A stretch of 37,256 nt of DNA from NCBI RefSeq assembly GCF_001194135.2, contig NC_068988.1:40436554-40473809 (forward strand). The letters run 5' to 3'. Below the pieces are notes generated by a model, which was not told the origin of the DNA, ran no database searches, and saw nothing but the letters and a program-made list of their open reading frames with translations. Below are positions 1-11,063 of this stretch, piece by piece (the first letter of the stretch is position 1; each line of letters opens with the position of its first letter). Made by a program: the position numbers and the translations under genes. Origin of the DNA: Octopus bimaculoides (lineage: Eukaryota).

Positions 1-48
1 TTATTATTATTATTATTATTATTATTATCATTATTATTATTAATATTA

Positions 49-107
<59 letters not shown>

Positions 108-133
108 ATTATTTTTATTATTATTATTATTAT
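1..133. repeat. (TTA)n microsatellite, 3' flank of an R4/Dong element
   Basis: Directly visible imperfect TTA triplet array. Confidence 0.98.
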
Positions 134-955
134 CATGTTTGACTTTTGCTTTGCACTTGTACAAGTTGGATCCAAGTCTCACCCAGAGACCTCAAGAAAC
201 AACAAGTCAGAAGTTCATGTTGGTGTTATGCCTAGGGTACCATATATTTGGTATTGTACGTTCTGGAGAATGTTTAAGAAACCATAAGAAAACTGTGTTT
301 GTTTTAAAATTTGAGATTACATTGACAGTATTTTACGTAGGATATGGGCAGTTTCCATGGACACTATCTTTTGAATTTCTATCATTTTGGGGTTTCCTAG
401 GTAGCAATCAGCCCCTTTTACTGTCATTTCTAGGGCACCCATGACAACAGGTATTGTTTTAGTCTTCAGGTTCCACATTTTGTTAATTTCTATTTCAAGA
501 TTTTTATACTTGCTCGGTTTTTGGTAGGTCATGATAGATACGTTTATATCGATTGGGATTGTCATATCAATGAGGAGGCATGAGTTTTGTCTAAAGTCTT
601 TCAACATGATGTCTGTCATATTTGCATCTATCTTTCTGCCAGTTTGAATGGTGAAGTTCAAGAGGAGTGAGATGTGATCATTTTCGAGTACTGGGGGTGG
701 TTTGTGTCCCTACCAGTTTTTATCATGGGGCAAATCCAGGTTTTTGCAAATTACCAAGTGAATATACTGTGCAGCTCTATCATGCCTGTTGAGATACTCT
801 GAAGGCCTAAGAAAACTGCACATGGAGACAACATGATCAATGGTCTCATTTTCTTGTTGACATACACGACTTATTGGGGAGCTGTCGTTCTTTAATATGT
901 TGGCCTGGTAGTTCCTTGTAGGTAGGCATTGATCTTGGGCTGCTATGATAAACCC
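134..955 (-). mobile_element. 5'-truncated R4/Dong-clade non-LTR retrotransposon (zinc knuckle + REL endonuclease + 3' UTR), frameshifted
   Basis: Minus-strand GFIIAAQDQCLPTRNY...RVCQQENETIDHVVSMC...RHD (CCHC-type knuckle), then a decayed PD-(D/E)xK region ANMTDIMLKD...LIDMTIP...KYKNLEIEINKMWNLKTKTIPVVMGAL...TAHILRK, typical of R4/Dong C-termini. TAA repeats lie on both sides. Confidence 0.85.

Positions 956-1027
<72 letters not shown>
956..1027. repeat. (TTA)n microsatellite, 5' flank of the R4/Dong element, runs into a gap
   Basis: Directly visible. Confidence 0.98.
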
Positions 1028-1880
1028 NNNNNNNNNNNNNNNNNNNNNNNNNNNNNNNNNNNNNNNNNNNNNNNNNNNNNNNNNNNNNNNNNNNNNNNNN
1101 NNNNNNNNNNNNNNNNNNNNNNNNNNNNNNNNNNNNNNNNNNNNNNNNNNNNNNNNNNNNNNNNNNNNNNNNNNNNNNNNNNNNNNNNNNNNNNNNNNNN
1201 NNNNNNNNNNNNNNNNNNNNNNNNNNNNNNNNNNNNNNNNNNNNNNNNNNNNNNNNNNNNNNNNNNNNNNNNNNNNNNNNNNNNNNNNNNNNNNNNNNNN
1301 NNNNNNNNNNNNNNNNNNNNNNNNNNNNNNNNNNNNNNNNNNNNNNNNNNNNNNNNNNNNNNNNNNNNNNNNNNNNNNNNNNNNNNNNNNNNNNNNNNNN
1401 NNNNNNNNNNNNNNNNNNNNNNNNNNNNNNNNNNNNNNNNNNNNNNNNNNNNNNNNNNNNNNNNNNNNNNNNNNNNNNNNNNNNNNNNNNNNNNNNNNNN
1501 NNNNNNNNNNNNNNNNNNNNNNNNNNNNNNNNNNNNNNNNNNNNNNNNNNNNNNNNNNNNNNNNNNNNNNNNNNNNNNNNNNNNNNNNNNNNNNNNNNNN
1601 NNNNNNNNNNNNNNNNNNNNNNNNNNNNNNNNNNNNNNNNNNNNNNNNNNNNNNNNNNNNNNNNNNNNNNNNNNNNNNNNNNNNNNNNNNNNNNNNNNNN
1701 NNNNNNNNNNNNNNNNNNNNNNNNNNNNNNNNNNNNNNNNNNNNNNNNNNNNNNNNNNNNNNNNNNNNNNNNNNNNNNNNNNNNNNNNNNNNNNNNNNNN
1801 NNNNNNNNNNNNNNNNNNNNNNNNNNNNNNNNNNNNNNNNNNNNNNNNNNNNNNNNNNNNNNNNNNNNNNNNNNNNNNNN
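1028..1880. other. Assembly gap (others: 6447-6544, 7530-7998, 8761-8858, 14977-15633, 26167-26176, 26948-27415, 30592-31256, 36444-36824)
   Basis: N runs, most bordered by (TA)n or (TTA)n arrays. Confidence 1.
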
Positions 1881-3020
1881 GCGTTTCCTGCATCCTGCCG
1901 CGTACACCAAATGGGAATTTCTACATGTCCCCCTTCTGTATAAATCGTAACATTTCTGTTATGATTCCTGCTGGAATACACTTGACTCATGTTGTTGCGC
2001 AATGAACCTCTCTTGCGGCCGTTTTTCAAGGTACTGTGTGCAGATAGTCCAATGTTCGTTTTGGAGTCAGAAATAGAGGGCAATAATTCTCTTATATTCT
2101 TATTCCGTCTAACGGCTACAATAGACTGCTGAGGAAATATCTGTTTGAAACGAGGATATCTTTTCGCCACATGCTGGTAACTTTCATGCAACACTTTTGA
2201 AATGCCAGCAAAATGTCGGTGCCAGTTAATCACTAAAAGAATTCGGTCATCTATTGTATTTTGTTTGCTAAAATTATGCGTGAAGGTTTGAGTATCTTTG
2301 CTAATCTTAGCTATTTCATTTGCTATTTCCTTTAATCGGGATTCACTGTAACCGCGTTTGACATAATGATGTCCGAAAGCATTTGCATGTTTGCCGTAAT
2401 CACTATGTCAGTACAAATCCGTTTTATCCTCAAAAATTGGGATTTTGGATTTGACCGAATAATATGTTGTGGATGATCGGAGTGACGGTGGAGATAAATG
2501 TGGGATGACGTGGGCTTGCAAAATAACTCTGTCACTATTCTGCCTCCAGAAAACTTGACATTTGTGTCCAAAAATTCAACGCTAGTTTTTGAAAAACTAG
2601 ACGTAAATGTTATGTTGGACTTAAAACCATAGTTTTTAACATAACAGCCACAGAAATGCAAGAAGTCCATTAAACTATCTTGTGATTCTTCCCAGACAAA
2701 AAATACGTCATCACTGAACTGTAACCAGAGTATTGGTTCATGACCATGAAGGAATTTGAATGTCTTCAGTAACTGTGTCTCGAATTTCGTCATAAAAACA
2801 TTAGCGAAATTAACTGCCATGAGTGTCCCCATGGCACAACCCTTCTGCTGGTGGTAAAATCTTTGTCTAAACTTCATTGTGTTACTTTGTAACACAAACC
2901 TCAATAGTCTACAGAGAAAATTTGAAGGAATACTTTTGTTTGACCGCTTTTGGAAGGCCTCCATGCATGTTTCTACACCTTCATCGTGGTCAATATTGGC
3001 ATACATCCTTGGTTATCAAA
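1881..3020 (-). mobile_element. Penelope-like retroelement, RT core/thumb and linker toward GIY-YIG (degenerate)
   Basis: ORF 2332-3006: MYANIDH..G, YHQQKGCAMGTLMAVNFANVFM, WLQFSDDVFF (decayed YxDD), FLD, KPT...YLH.HSDHP. Downstream VAVRRNKNIRELL linker is typical of Penelope-like elements. Confidence 0.9.
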
Positions 3021-3104
3021 TAAAAAAACAATTCTCGGTACGGCTTCTGTAGATTATTATCATTATTACTTTTTTTATAATGATTATTATTATTTCATTG
3101 AGGG

Positions 3105-3422
3105 AGAGAGCAGTTCATTTCATCAAAGTGACGCGAAGCCCAGTATACCCTTCATGACTACCCGTTTAATAAGGTTACACAAGGCACATACATCACAATC
3201 ATTTGTGCGAGAATGGTGGTGATTCAAGATATTGAACGAAGCACCCATATTTCCAGAGGTGAATTAATCAATCCTCAAAGAATTCCTCTCAACATATAGC
3301 TATGATATTCCCACACTACTTATGCTCGTGATCAGAGATGCACATGTCATCAGACACTAAGGACAAGTAACTGACAAGTAAATCTGTAGTATTGAGCAGA
3401 ATATTTGCTGTAGTGCATCTTT
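3105..3422 (+). repeat. Interspersed non-coding repeat, copy 1 (internally deleted)
   Basis: Aligns by eye with 3600-4030 (catcaaagtgac...gaagccc...tgatcagagatgcacat...attgagcagaatatttgctg). Confidence 0.85.
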
Positions 3423-3514
3423 TATACCAAAACAAAACTATGTACATGATAACACTTCCAATCAGTTAAGATCAGAAGACATGAGTGCGAATGCCTGGGA
3501 CTGCATCAGGGCAT

Positions 3515-3525
<11 letters not shown>

Positions 3526-3582
<57 letters not shown>
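3526..3582. repeat. (CTA)n microsatellite
   Basis: Directly visible. Confidence 0.98.
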
Positions 3583-3584
<2 letters not shown>

Positions 3585-3599
3585 CGTCATCATCATTAT

Positions 3600-4030
3600 T
3601 GAGTGAGAGAGCAGGGCATGCCATCAAAGTGACACTGGGGTAAAATATACGAAGCCCATTATACCCATCATGACTACCCATCTGATAAGGGTACACCAGG
3701 CACATGCATCACAACCATATGTGCACGACATGGTGATCTCATATCAAGATAAACGGTGCATGACCTCACAGGTGGGGCCCAGTTAGAATTTTCTTCTGGT
3801 CGAGTTGCCCATTAATGATGTTGAGCAAAACACCCATGTTTCCAAAAGTGAATAATTCAAACCCCAAAGAATTCCTCTCAACACATGGCCATGATGCTCC
3901 CCCACTACTTCCGCTCATGATCAGAGATGCACATATCGTCAGACACCAAGGGACATGCTCAACTGGTTATGGTCAAACAACTGACAATCAAATTTATGAT
4001 ATTGAGCAGAATATTTGCTGTTGCTCATCT
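3600..4030 (+). repeat. Interspersed non-coding repeat, copy 2 (longer), between TAT-type microsatellites
   Basis: Same family as 3105-3422. No protein homology recognised. Confidence 0.85.
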
Positions 4031-4033
4031 TTA

Positions 4034-4035
<2 letters not shown>

Positions 4036-4089
<54 letters not shown>

Positions 4090-4108
4090 AATAATAATAA
4101 TAATAATA
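4036..4108. repeat. (TTA)n-(TAA)n strand-switching microsatellite
   Basis: The TTA array flips to TAA at ~4085. Confidence 0.95.
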
Positions 4109-4965
4109 TTCAGTAGCCTTATTTTTATCATATGCCTTCGCTGCACTACTGAGCGCAGCTACGTGTGCCTTGGGTATGTGCTGTTGTTTGTTGTGATGAT
4201 TTTATTTTTGCTATATTCAAGATATTTTACGCAGGATGTGTGCAGTACCTAGAAGTGCTATTTTCTGTTTGTTTACATATACTTCTTAGTCCTGGTGTTT
4301 TTGTCATGTACTTATCTTAATATTTTTTCATCATCCGTAATGTGCTTACTATGATAGAAACTGTTTCTGTTTTTAGGCTCCACATTCGAATTTCCAGACC
4401 TTTTTATTTTGAAAGTTTCTCCGTTTCTTTTAGAGGAATATTGTCATCTGTTGATATTGATACATCGATTAGAAAGCATTTTTTCTTGATGCTCTCTGAC
4501 AGCTATATCCGGCCTATTGACTTTAATTTCTCTACCTGTGTATATTGGCATATCCCAGAGTATGGTTGCTTTCACATTTTCTGTGACCTTTTCAGGCGTG
4601 TCCCTCTACCGTCTTTTTTTTCTGTTGTCGTTCCAGTGTTGCCATAGCTTTCAGTGTATATAGGTCCCAACTCTGTCGTGTCACTGAATATATTCTTTCT
4701 TAGCCAAAACTGGGCCGCCAGAGACAATATGATTTATTTTTTCTTCTCCATCTCACTTTCGTTTTGTGCTGCAAATAAAAAAATCCTTCGGTCTCTTTTT
4801 TGAGTCCTGACTTCTCTGACATTGTTGGGATTTTGCTTTGTCTATTTCGTTTTTGTTTAGTTTAACCCAGTATTTGCCATGAAGGGGCTTTTCTTGCCAT
4901 CGTTTTCATCACGAGCCGTAGCTGTTCCAGGTTTAGTTTAGATTTTACAGCTTTTGTTGTTTCCT
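4109..4965 (-). mobile_element. Second 5'-truncated R4/Dong-type retrotransposon 3' end, decayed and internally deleted
   Basis: Manual minus-strand translation with frameshifts: WQEKPLHGKY, ETEGF..AAQ, INHIVSGGPVLAKKEYI.*HDRVG, ILWDMPIYTGREIKVNRPDI, FLIDVSISTDDNIPLKETEKLSK, ALLGTAHILRK. Confidence 0.85.
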
Positions 4966-5059
4966 CTTTTGTATGTATGCATGTGTGTGTATGCATGTGT
5001 GTGTATGCATGTATGTGTGTGTGTACATATGTATATATGTATGTATGTTTGTCACATCA

Positions 5060-5870
5060 TGAAAATTAACATAATGATAGCAGGCTTAGGATAATGAGCT
5101 ACTTGTCTCCATAATGCAAGCGCTATGAAACGAAAAACATACACAGAACTTCATGCACCGCTTGCAATTCTCTGGATATTATCAGAAAGATATGGCTCGA
5201 GCATACAAGGGTGCTGGAAAGATAACATTATATGTAATGATACCAGTGGTACCTGCCCTAGATATAAAAAAAACAAAGACAGGAATAAGATACAAAGAAC
5301 TTGTGACAAAGCAAACAGGGTGAACACGTGGTATAAAACCGACAAATATTAAGGAGTGATGTTTGTAGAGGCCACACCCCTTGGAGAAGTAGCCCGTAGA
5401 TATACGAAAGCACTGAAGGAGACCAAACTCAACATTAAGATTGTTGAAAAGTCAGTGAACTCCGTCAAATCATAACAATGTAGTACGTACCACTTTGAGA
5501 ATACTATATGCACCAATGATAACAGCATGGTATGTAGGATTAGCCCTGGCATTAACTGTAGAACTAGAAATTATTTTACAGCATAAGATGAATAAGAGTT
5601 GCTTATAAAGACAAGCACATGACATACATAATGGAGACATCTAAGTGCATTGCGGAGCGACTAAATGAGCATTTGAGACAATATGACAAAAAAAAAACAG
5701 TCCTCCATACTCTACCAACATGTGAAGGACCAACATGGAGGCAACCTGGGTCAACTTGACATTTGTATCTTATCCAGGCACCCAAAGGACAAAAACGCTC
5801 AGAAAAATACAGGAGTACGTCCTCATAGATGAAACTACCCAATGCTAAATAGGAAATATACATAGTAGAT
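5060..5870 (+). mobile_element. Penelope-like element 3' part (RT C-terminus + GIY-YIG endonuclease), a different lineage from 1881-3020, degenerate
   Basis: Manual translation: FSGYYQKD, GVMFVEATPLGEVARRY...IKIVEKS, Cys-rich CTNDNSMVC...NCRTRN, YIMETSKCIAERLNEHL, QHVKDQHGG. This matches the PLE zinc/GIY-YIG layout. Confidence 0.7.
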
Positions 5871-6544
5871 ATGATACACCCATACCCACAGTTTATATAT
5901 ATACATATATATAATTCATATCACTAGGAGACATGAAGGTTCCTGCCTGATAAACATATGATTTACAGCCCTCATTAAACCACCAATGATAACACTGAAA
6001 ATAACAGAAAACAGAAGAATTCGAGCAAACGGGTACAAAAACAGTCCTTCACATTTCTATATAGCAGAATGCTATATATTCCTTGGTATTAGTTTACTCG
6101 TGGACCGGTTTATGGCTTGACATAACTCATTTTTTCATCAGCAGATACCTATATAGCATTTTGCTATATAGGTTTGTGAAGGAATTTTTATTTTTTATCC
6201 GTTTCCCCAAGTGCTGTTGTTTTCTATTGCTTTTTTTTTTCAGTGTTATCATTGGTAGTTTAATGAGGGTTTTAACTCTTATGTCTAGCAAGCAAGGACA
6301 TTCCTGTGGCCTTATGATATGAATTTTAATTATATGGTTATCTAACGCAAATTTAGGCCTGCAACCATGTATATTATTATTGCTTTTATCAATAATAACA
6401 ATAATAATATCTACATAAATGTTCACTCCTGAATATCTGCTCGATGNNNNNNNNNNNNNNNNNNNNNNNNNNNNNNNNNNNNNNNNNNNNNNNNNNNNNN
6501 NNNNNNNNNNNNNNNNNNNNNNNNNNNNNNNNNNNNNNNNNNNN

Positions 6545-6583
<39 letters not shown>

Positions 6584-6592
6584 ACAGAGATC

Positions 6593-6994
6593 AAAACAAT
6601 TTGATTTAAACTTCCTGGTTCTCTGAGTTTCAAGCATGTAGCTAGTCTTCAGTCATTGAGTCTGATTGAAAGTTCGTTTGATGGGAGTCAATGTTTACTA
6701 GTGAACGTCAGCCTGCAATTAGTCGAGAAAGGTTACGTGGTGTCGAAGTTTGAGTTTGGTATTTCAGCTACAACAATTACTTGGAAGATTCAGCATCACC
6801 GACTTTCTGTTCATCATGCGGTATTTTCCAGGTAATCGTCGCTGAAATACCACCATCAGACATCGACACTGCGTGACTTTTCTCAACCAGTCCAGCAGTA
6901 AACATTGACTGTCATCTCTCATTTAGAGTGAATGGCCGAAAACTAGCTACACACTTGAAACTCAGAGAATCAAGGGTTTGAATTAAATTGTTTT
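6593..6994. mobile_element. ~400-bp foldback/MITE-like element (long imperfect palindrome)
   Basis: Left arm ~6593-6786 is the reverse complement of right arm ~6822-6994. Examples: ttctctgagtttcaag / cttgaaactcagagaa, agtcaatgtttact / agtaaacattgact, ggtatttcagc / gctgaaatacc. Confidence 0.8.
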
Positions 6995-8506
6995 CATCCA
7001 TATATGTAGCTCCCAATAAATGTGTTGATCACCATTCTTTCGTTTGTCTACTCGATATCCGATATGCTAGAAAAAGATCACCTACGACCTATCCACAAAG
7101 AAAAGATACTTCTCCAGAATATAGTATGCTATTATACAAAAGCCATTCCAAAAGCGAGGTGATCAAAAAATCAAAATAAGCAGCACGGATTTTAAAGATG
7201 ATTGCAGTACGCACGTTTCATGCTACTCCATTTATTTAAGTAATGCGAGCATTACATTAAATGCAATATGTAGAGCAATCTTCAGCTGCACGAAAATGTA
7301 GAAAATTACAGTAGAATAGACATATTATAATTGTGGCAACATTTCAAATCCAAGTGGGAAGAAGAATACATAAAAATCCATCTTGACATAGCCAAGGCTA
7401 TCAGGCTAGTAATTGGTTCTAGGCAGAATTCTAACTGTCTCTGATTTTATTGTCGCTTATCTAGTAGTTATAGTATAAGGGGCAATCACTTCTAAGGAAA
7501 GGGAAGGTGTAAGCATTATACATGGATATNNNNNNNNNNNNNNNNNNNNNNNNNNNNNNNNNNNNNNNNNNNNNNNNNNNNNNNNNNNNNNNNNNNNNNN
7601 NNNNNNNNNNNNNNNNNNNNNNNNNNNNNNNNNNNNNNNNNNNNNNNNNNNNNNNNNNNNNNNNNNNNNNNNNNNNNNNNNNNNNNNNNNNNNNNNNNNN
7701 NNNNNNNNNNNNNNNNNNNNNNNNNNNNNNNNNNNNNNNNNNNNNNNNNNNNNNNNNNNNNNNNNNNNNNNNNNNNNNNNNNNNNNNNNNNNNNNNNNNN
7801 NNNNNNNNNNNNNNNNNNNNNNNNNNNNNNNNNNNNNNNNNNNNNNNNNNNNNNNNNNNNNNNNNNNNNNNNNNNNNNNNNNNNNNNNNNNNNNNNNNNN
7901 NNNNNNNNNNNNNNNNNNNNNNNNNNNNNNNNNNNNNNNNNNNNNNNNNNNNNNNNNNNNNNNNNNNNNNNNNNNNNNNNNNNNNNNNNNNNNNNNNNTA
8001 TATATATATATATATATATATTGAAAATGCTCTACCTAAGGAAATTTTAACGATTATAATTAGAAACATATCAAATCTTATAATATATCTAAATAAATAT
8101 TATAGAGATTATATTATTTATAATAATTTAGTATAAAATATACCTCTGTCAATACTAGTATAATAAAACACATTTTACGTCATATGTTAGATAATAGTCT
8201 AGAATAGAGATTAATTAGTAAATACAACTATTTACGTTAGAAAATTAGTGAGTATTCACTAATTTTAATTTATAAATTTTATCTGAAAGTTGCGTAATTG
8301 CTGACACATGATTTTCCTCTATTTCCAGTAGGTTTGTGCAAATTTACTTTACTAAAATATCTTTATATGTTTCCGAAGTATTTTATACAACTTGTTTATA
8401 TAATACGTACCTGTTGCTTGAGTGAACTTTATCCTTTAAAAATATATGTGCTTGTCTGTAATACTCCTTCATGTCCTGATTTGTGTTTTTTATTTTTATT
8501 TTGCAG

Positions 8507-9200
8507 AACTAAAGGCCACTCATCTTTCATGCCCATGGTTCTTTTTCCCTTGTTGTGGAAATGTACCTATAAATCTTAGCATTCAACTATGCTGCAACAA
8601 TGTTGCTGTAGCGAAAAGTGCAACGGCGACTACTTGTTGTGGAAATACAGCTATAGATCCTAACACTCAATTATGCTGCAACAATGTTGCTGTAGCGAAA
8701 AGTGCAACGGCGACTACTTGTTGTGGAAATACAGCTTTAGATCCTAACACTCAATTATGCNNNNNNNNNNNNNNNNNNNNNNNNNNNNNNNNNNNNNNNN
8801 NNNNNNNNNNNNNNNNNNNNNNNNNNNNNNNNNNNNNNNNNNNNNNNNNNNNNNNNNNCTATGCTGCAACAATGTTGCTGTAGCGAAAAGTGCAACGGCG
8901 ACTACTTGTTGTGGAAATACAGCTATAGATCCTAACACTCAATTATGCTGCAACAATGTTGCTGTAGCGAAAAGTGCAACGGCGACTACTTGTTGTGGAA
9001 ATACAGCTTTAGATCCTAACACTCAATTATGCTGCAGCAATGTTGCTGTAGCGAAAAGTGCAACGGCGACTACTTGTTGTAGATATACAGCTATAGATCC
9101 TAACACTCACTCATGCTGCAGGGGATTAGTTATAAGACGCTTCGTTGAAACATGTTGTCGATGGGTTTTTCTTCACGGACATTGGCACTGGATGTGCTGA
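8507..9200 (+). CDS. Terminal coding exon of a galaxin-like cysteine-rich tandem-repeat protein (5' exon not located; interrupted by gap 8761-8858)
   Basis: Polypyrimidine tract + ttgcag acceptor ending at 8506 (phase 1). Reads ELKATHLSCPWFFFPCCGNVPINLSIQ, then 28-aa units LCCNNVAVAKSATATTCCGNTA(I/L)DPNTQ, ending HSCCRGLVIRRFVETCCRWVFLHGHWHWMC-stop (9198-9200). AATAAA at 9485-9490. The CC...CCG spacing is the galaxin repeat pattern. Confidence 0.8.
8587..9110 (+). repeat. 84-bp coding tandem repeat
   Basis: Units start at 8587, 8671, 8755 (cut by gap), 8859, 8943 and 9027. Confidence 0.97.
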
Positions 9201-9783
9201 GTTAAATCATAAGTACACATTAGCTCATTCTGATTCTGGAATGGCTCAATAGTTTTATGCGACAATTTGATCGATATTGTCTCAATATTTGAATCACATA
9301 TATTTACACGTATTATATACATTTATCAGTTTTACCATGTTATAAATGATGCTATTTATTAATGTATATTTTAAAACGATGCACAGCAGTTACTTTTCTT
9401 AATATAAAGTTTTATTAAACTCCATTTCACAAGTCATAGTCACTTTTGTTTTTGATTTTGGAAGTATCATTGTACAGAAAATTAAATAAACGAATACCAT
9501 CGGTGACATAGGATTTTGCGTGCATTTTTCTAATTTTTCCTTCCGACAAAGGCTAATTCAGTAAAATCGTTAATATGTTATAAGTATTGCAATCAAAACA
9601 TGCTTTCACTTCGATATGTCTCTTAAACAATGTTGTTTTACTTTCCTATATGCTACGCTAATGTTCCATTTAAAAACATAATTTGTATATATGTATATGA
9701 TTTGTGTGCGATTGAGTGAAAAAGAGTGAAAGAAAGAGAGAAAGAGAAAGCAAGAGAGAGTGAAAGAGAGAGTGTGACAAGTA

Positions 9784-10260
9784 GTAAGTACCTCTGAGCA
9801 ATATTCAAGAGTGATGAGAAACAGGATCCCGACCTGGATACTAGAATTACAGCCGCTGGCACTACATACGGTCCTCATTGAAGAAGAGGTGATTAGAAAA
9901 GCCGAACTCTATAGCTTCAATTCGATTTTGTGCCTATTCTCAATTAAGCTTAGGGATGTTGAGTACAGAAAGTGTACAATCACGGATACCTGCTGTTTAA
10001 AAGGTGTTCCTCACAAGGACCTCCAGAGTAACCTACTCGTCAGGGTGTGTAATACGGAGATCAAGGAAACTGTCTTCAATAAACTGCTATTTCTCAGCAC
10101 TGAGAGATCGCAGCTCTAGTACAGCGGATTTGTGATTAGGATGGTGTGAGAACAAATCGCATAACGGATACTTCAATCGAGCAGGAAATCAAGGTGTAGA
10201 TCAAGAGCAAGATGGTTTAATAATACCAATCTTTGTGAGTTACAGACGTTTTGACACTTT
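9784..10260 (+). mobile_element. RTE-clade LINE, 3' part of RT ORF, decayed
   Basis: KYL*AIFKSDEKQDPDLDTRITAAG, EEVIRKAELYSFNSI, LLVRVCNTEIKE...LLFLSTERSQL*YSGFVIRM. These resemble RTE motifs (KYLG..FTSDG, LS.KAKLSIY, ERSQLRWFGH..RM). Confidence 0.8.
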
Positions 10261-10364
10261 CTTCGAAGAAACAGCTATAACTGTCCTAGATTATTGCAGT
10301 TATAGTATATCATTACTAAAATAAGCTAACATGCCATCTTTTCTTATAAAATATAAAAGCGGTT

Positions 10365-11063
10365 GTAACGGTACTTGGGACACATTCCACTAAACACTGC
10401 TTTTCACAAGTGATCATTGCGAAGAATTCAATCTGGACGTGAGGACAACTTACAAGCTCGCCAGATAATGAACTTGTGTGTTAAACTGGGGAAAAAAAAC
10501 GTAGAGAAATATGAAATGTTATGAATTAACTGGTATGTGCCGAGCATCTGCTTTTTGCTAGCAGAAGAGTCTAAGTAAAGTAAGTCCACCGGGAGGCTCA
10601 TGATAATCCGCTTTTCCGACAGTAACGGTGTCATCCACATCCACTGTGTCTCCTCTGGTCAGACAATCAACAAAATTTACTTTGTGAATGTTTTGAAGGA
10701 GTACCGAGAGAGATTTCCTCGGAAGATGACAATGCACCAGGACAATTCACCAATTCATAATTCTATCCTGGTTACCAACTAATTGAAAGAAATGGGCATG
10801 AAAACTGTTCCTTATCCATCCTGCAGTACAGAACATGCTCCTCGAAACCTTTGAATGTTCCCCAAACTGAAACCGACATGCGAGGTTGTGAAAAGTGTTC
10901 TGGTTGGGCACCTTCATATTAGAAGTGTTTTATTTAGAAGACTTTAATATTGCTGGAGAGCTACAATAAGTGTATTGAAAGCAGAGGATCCTACTTGAAC
11001 AGTTAACTTTTTTTTCTTGGAAATTACTAGATGTCTCTTTAAAGTCTCAAGATACCGTGAATA
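10365..11063 (+). mobile_element. Internally deleted mariner transposon relic (irritans-like)
   Basis: LMIIRFSDSNGVIHIHCVSSGQTINKIYFVNVLKEYR...MHQDNSPIHNSILVTN*LKEMGMKTVPYPSCS.EHAP. Degenerate TIRs: acggtacttgggac near 10368 and gtctcaagataccgt near 11044. Confidence 0.8.

Noticed and set aside
710-2233. Long ORFs spanning N-gaps (also 7461-8136, 14766-16025, 26851-27526, 30508-31407, 36322-36962)
   Set aside because: They are open only because Ns and microsatellites contain no stops; the flanks are unrelated sequences.
8298-8330. Upstream signal-peptide exon for the galaxin-like gene (donor-like G|GTTTGT at ~8330)
   Set aside because: The in-frame peptide (LTHDFPLFPV) is not signal-like and has no ATG start; the true first exon may be in a gap or further upstream.
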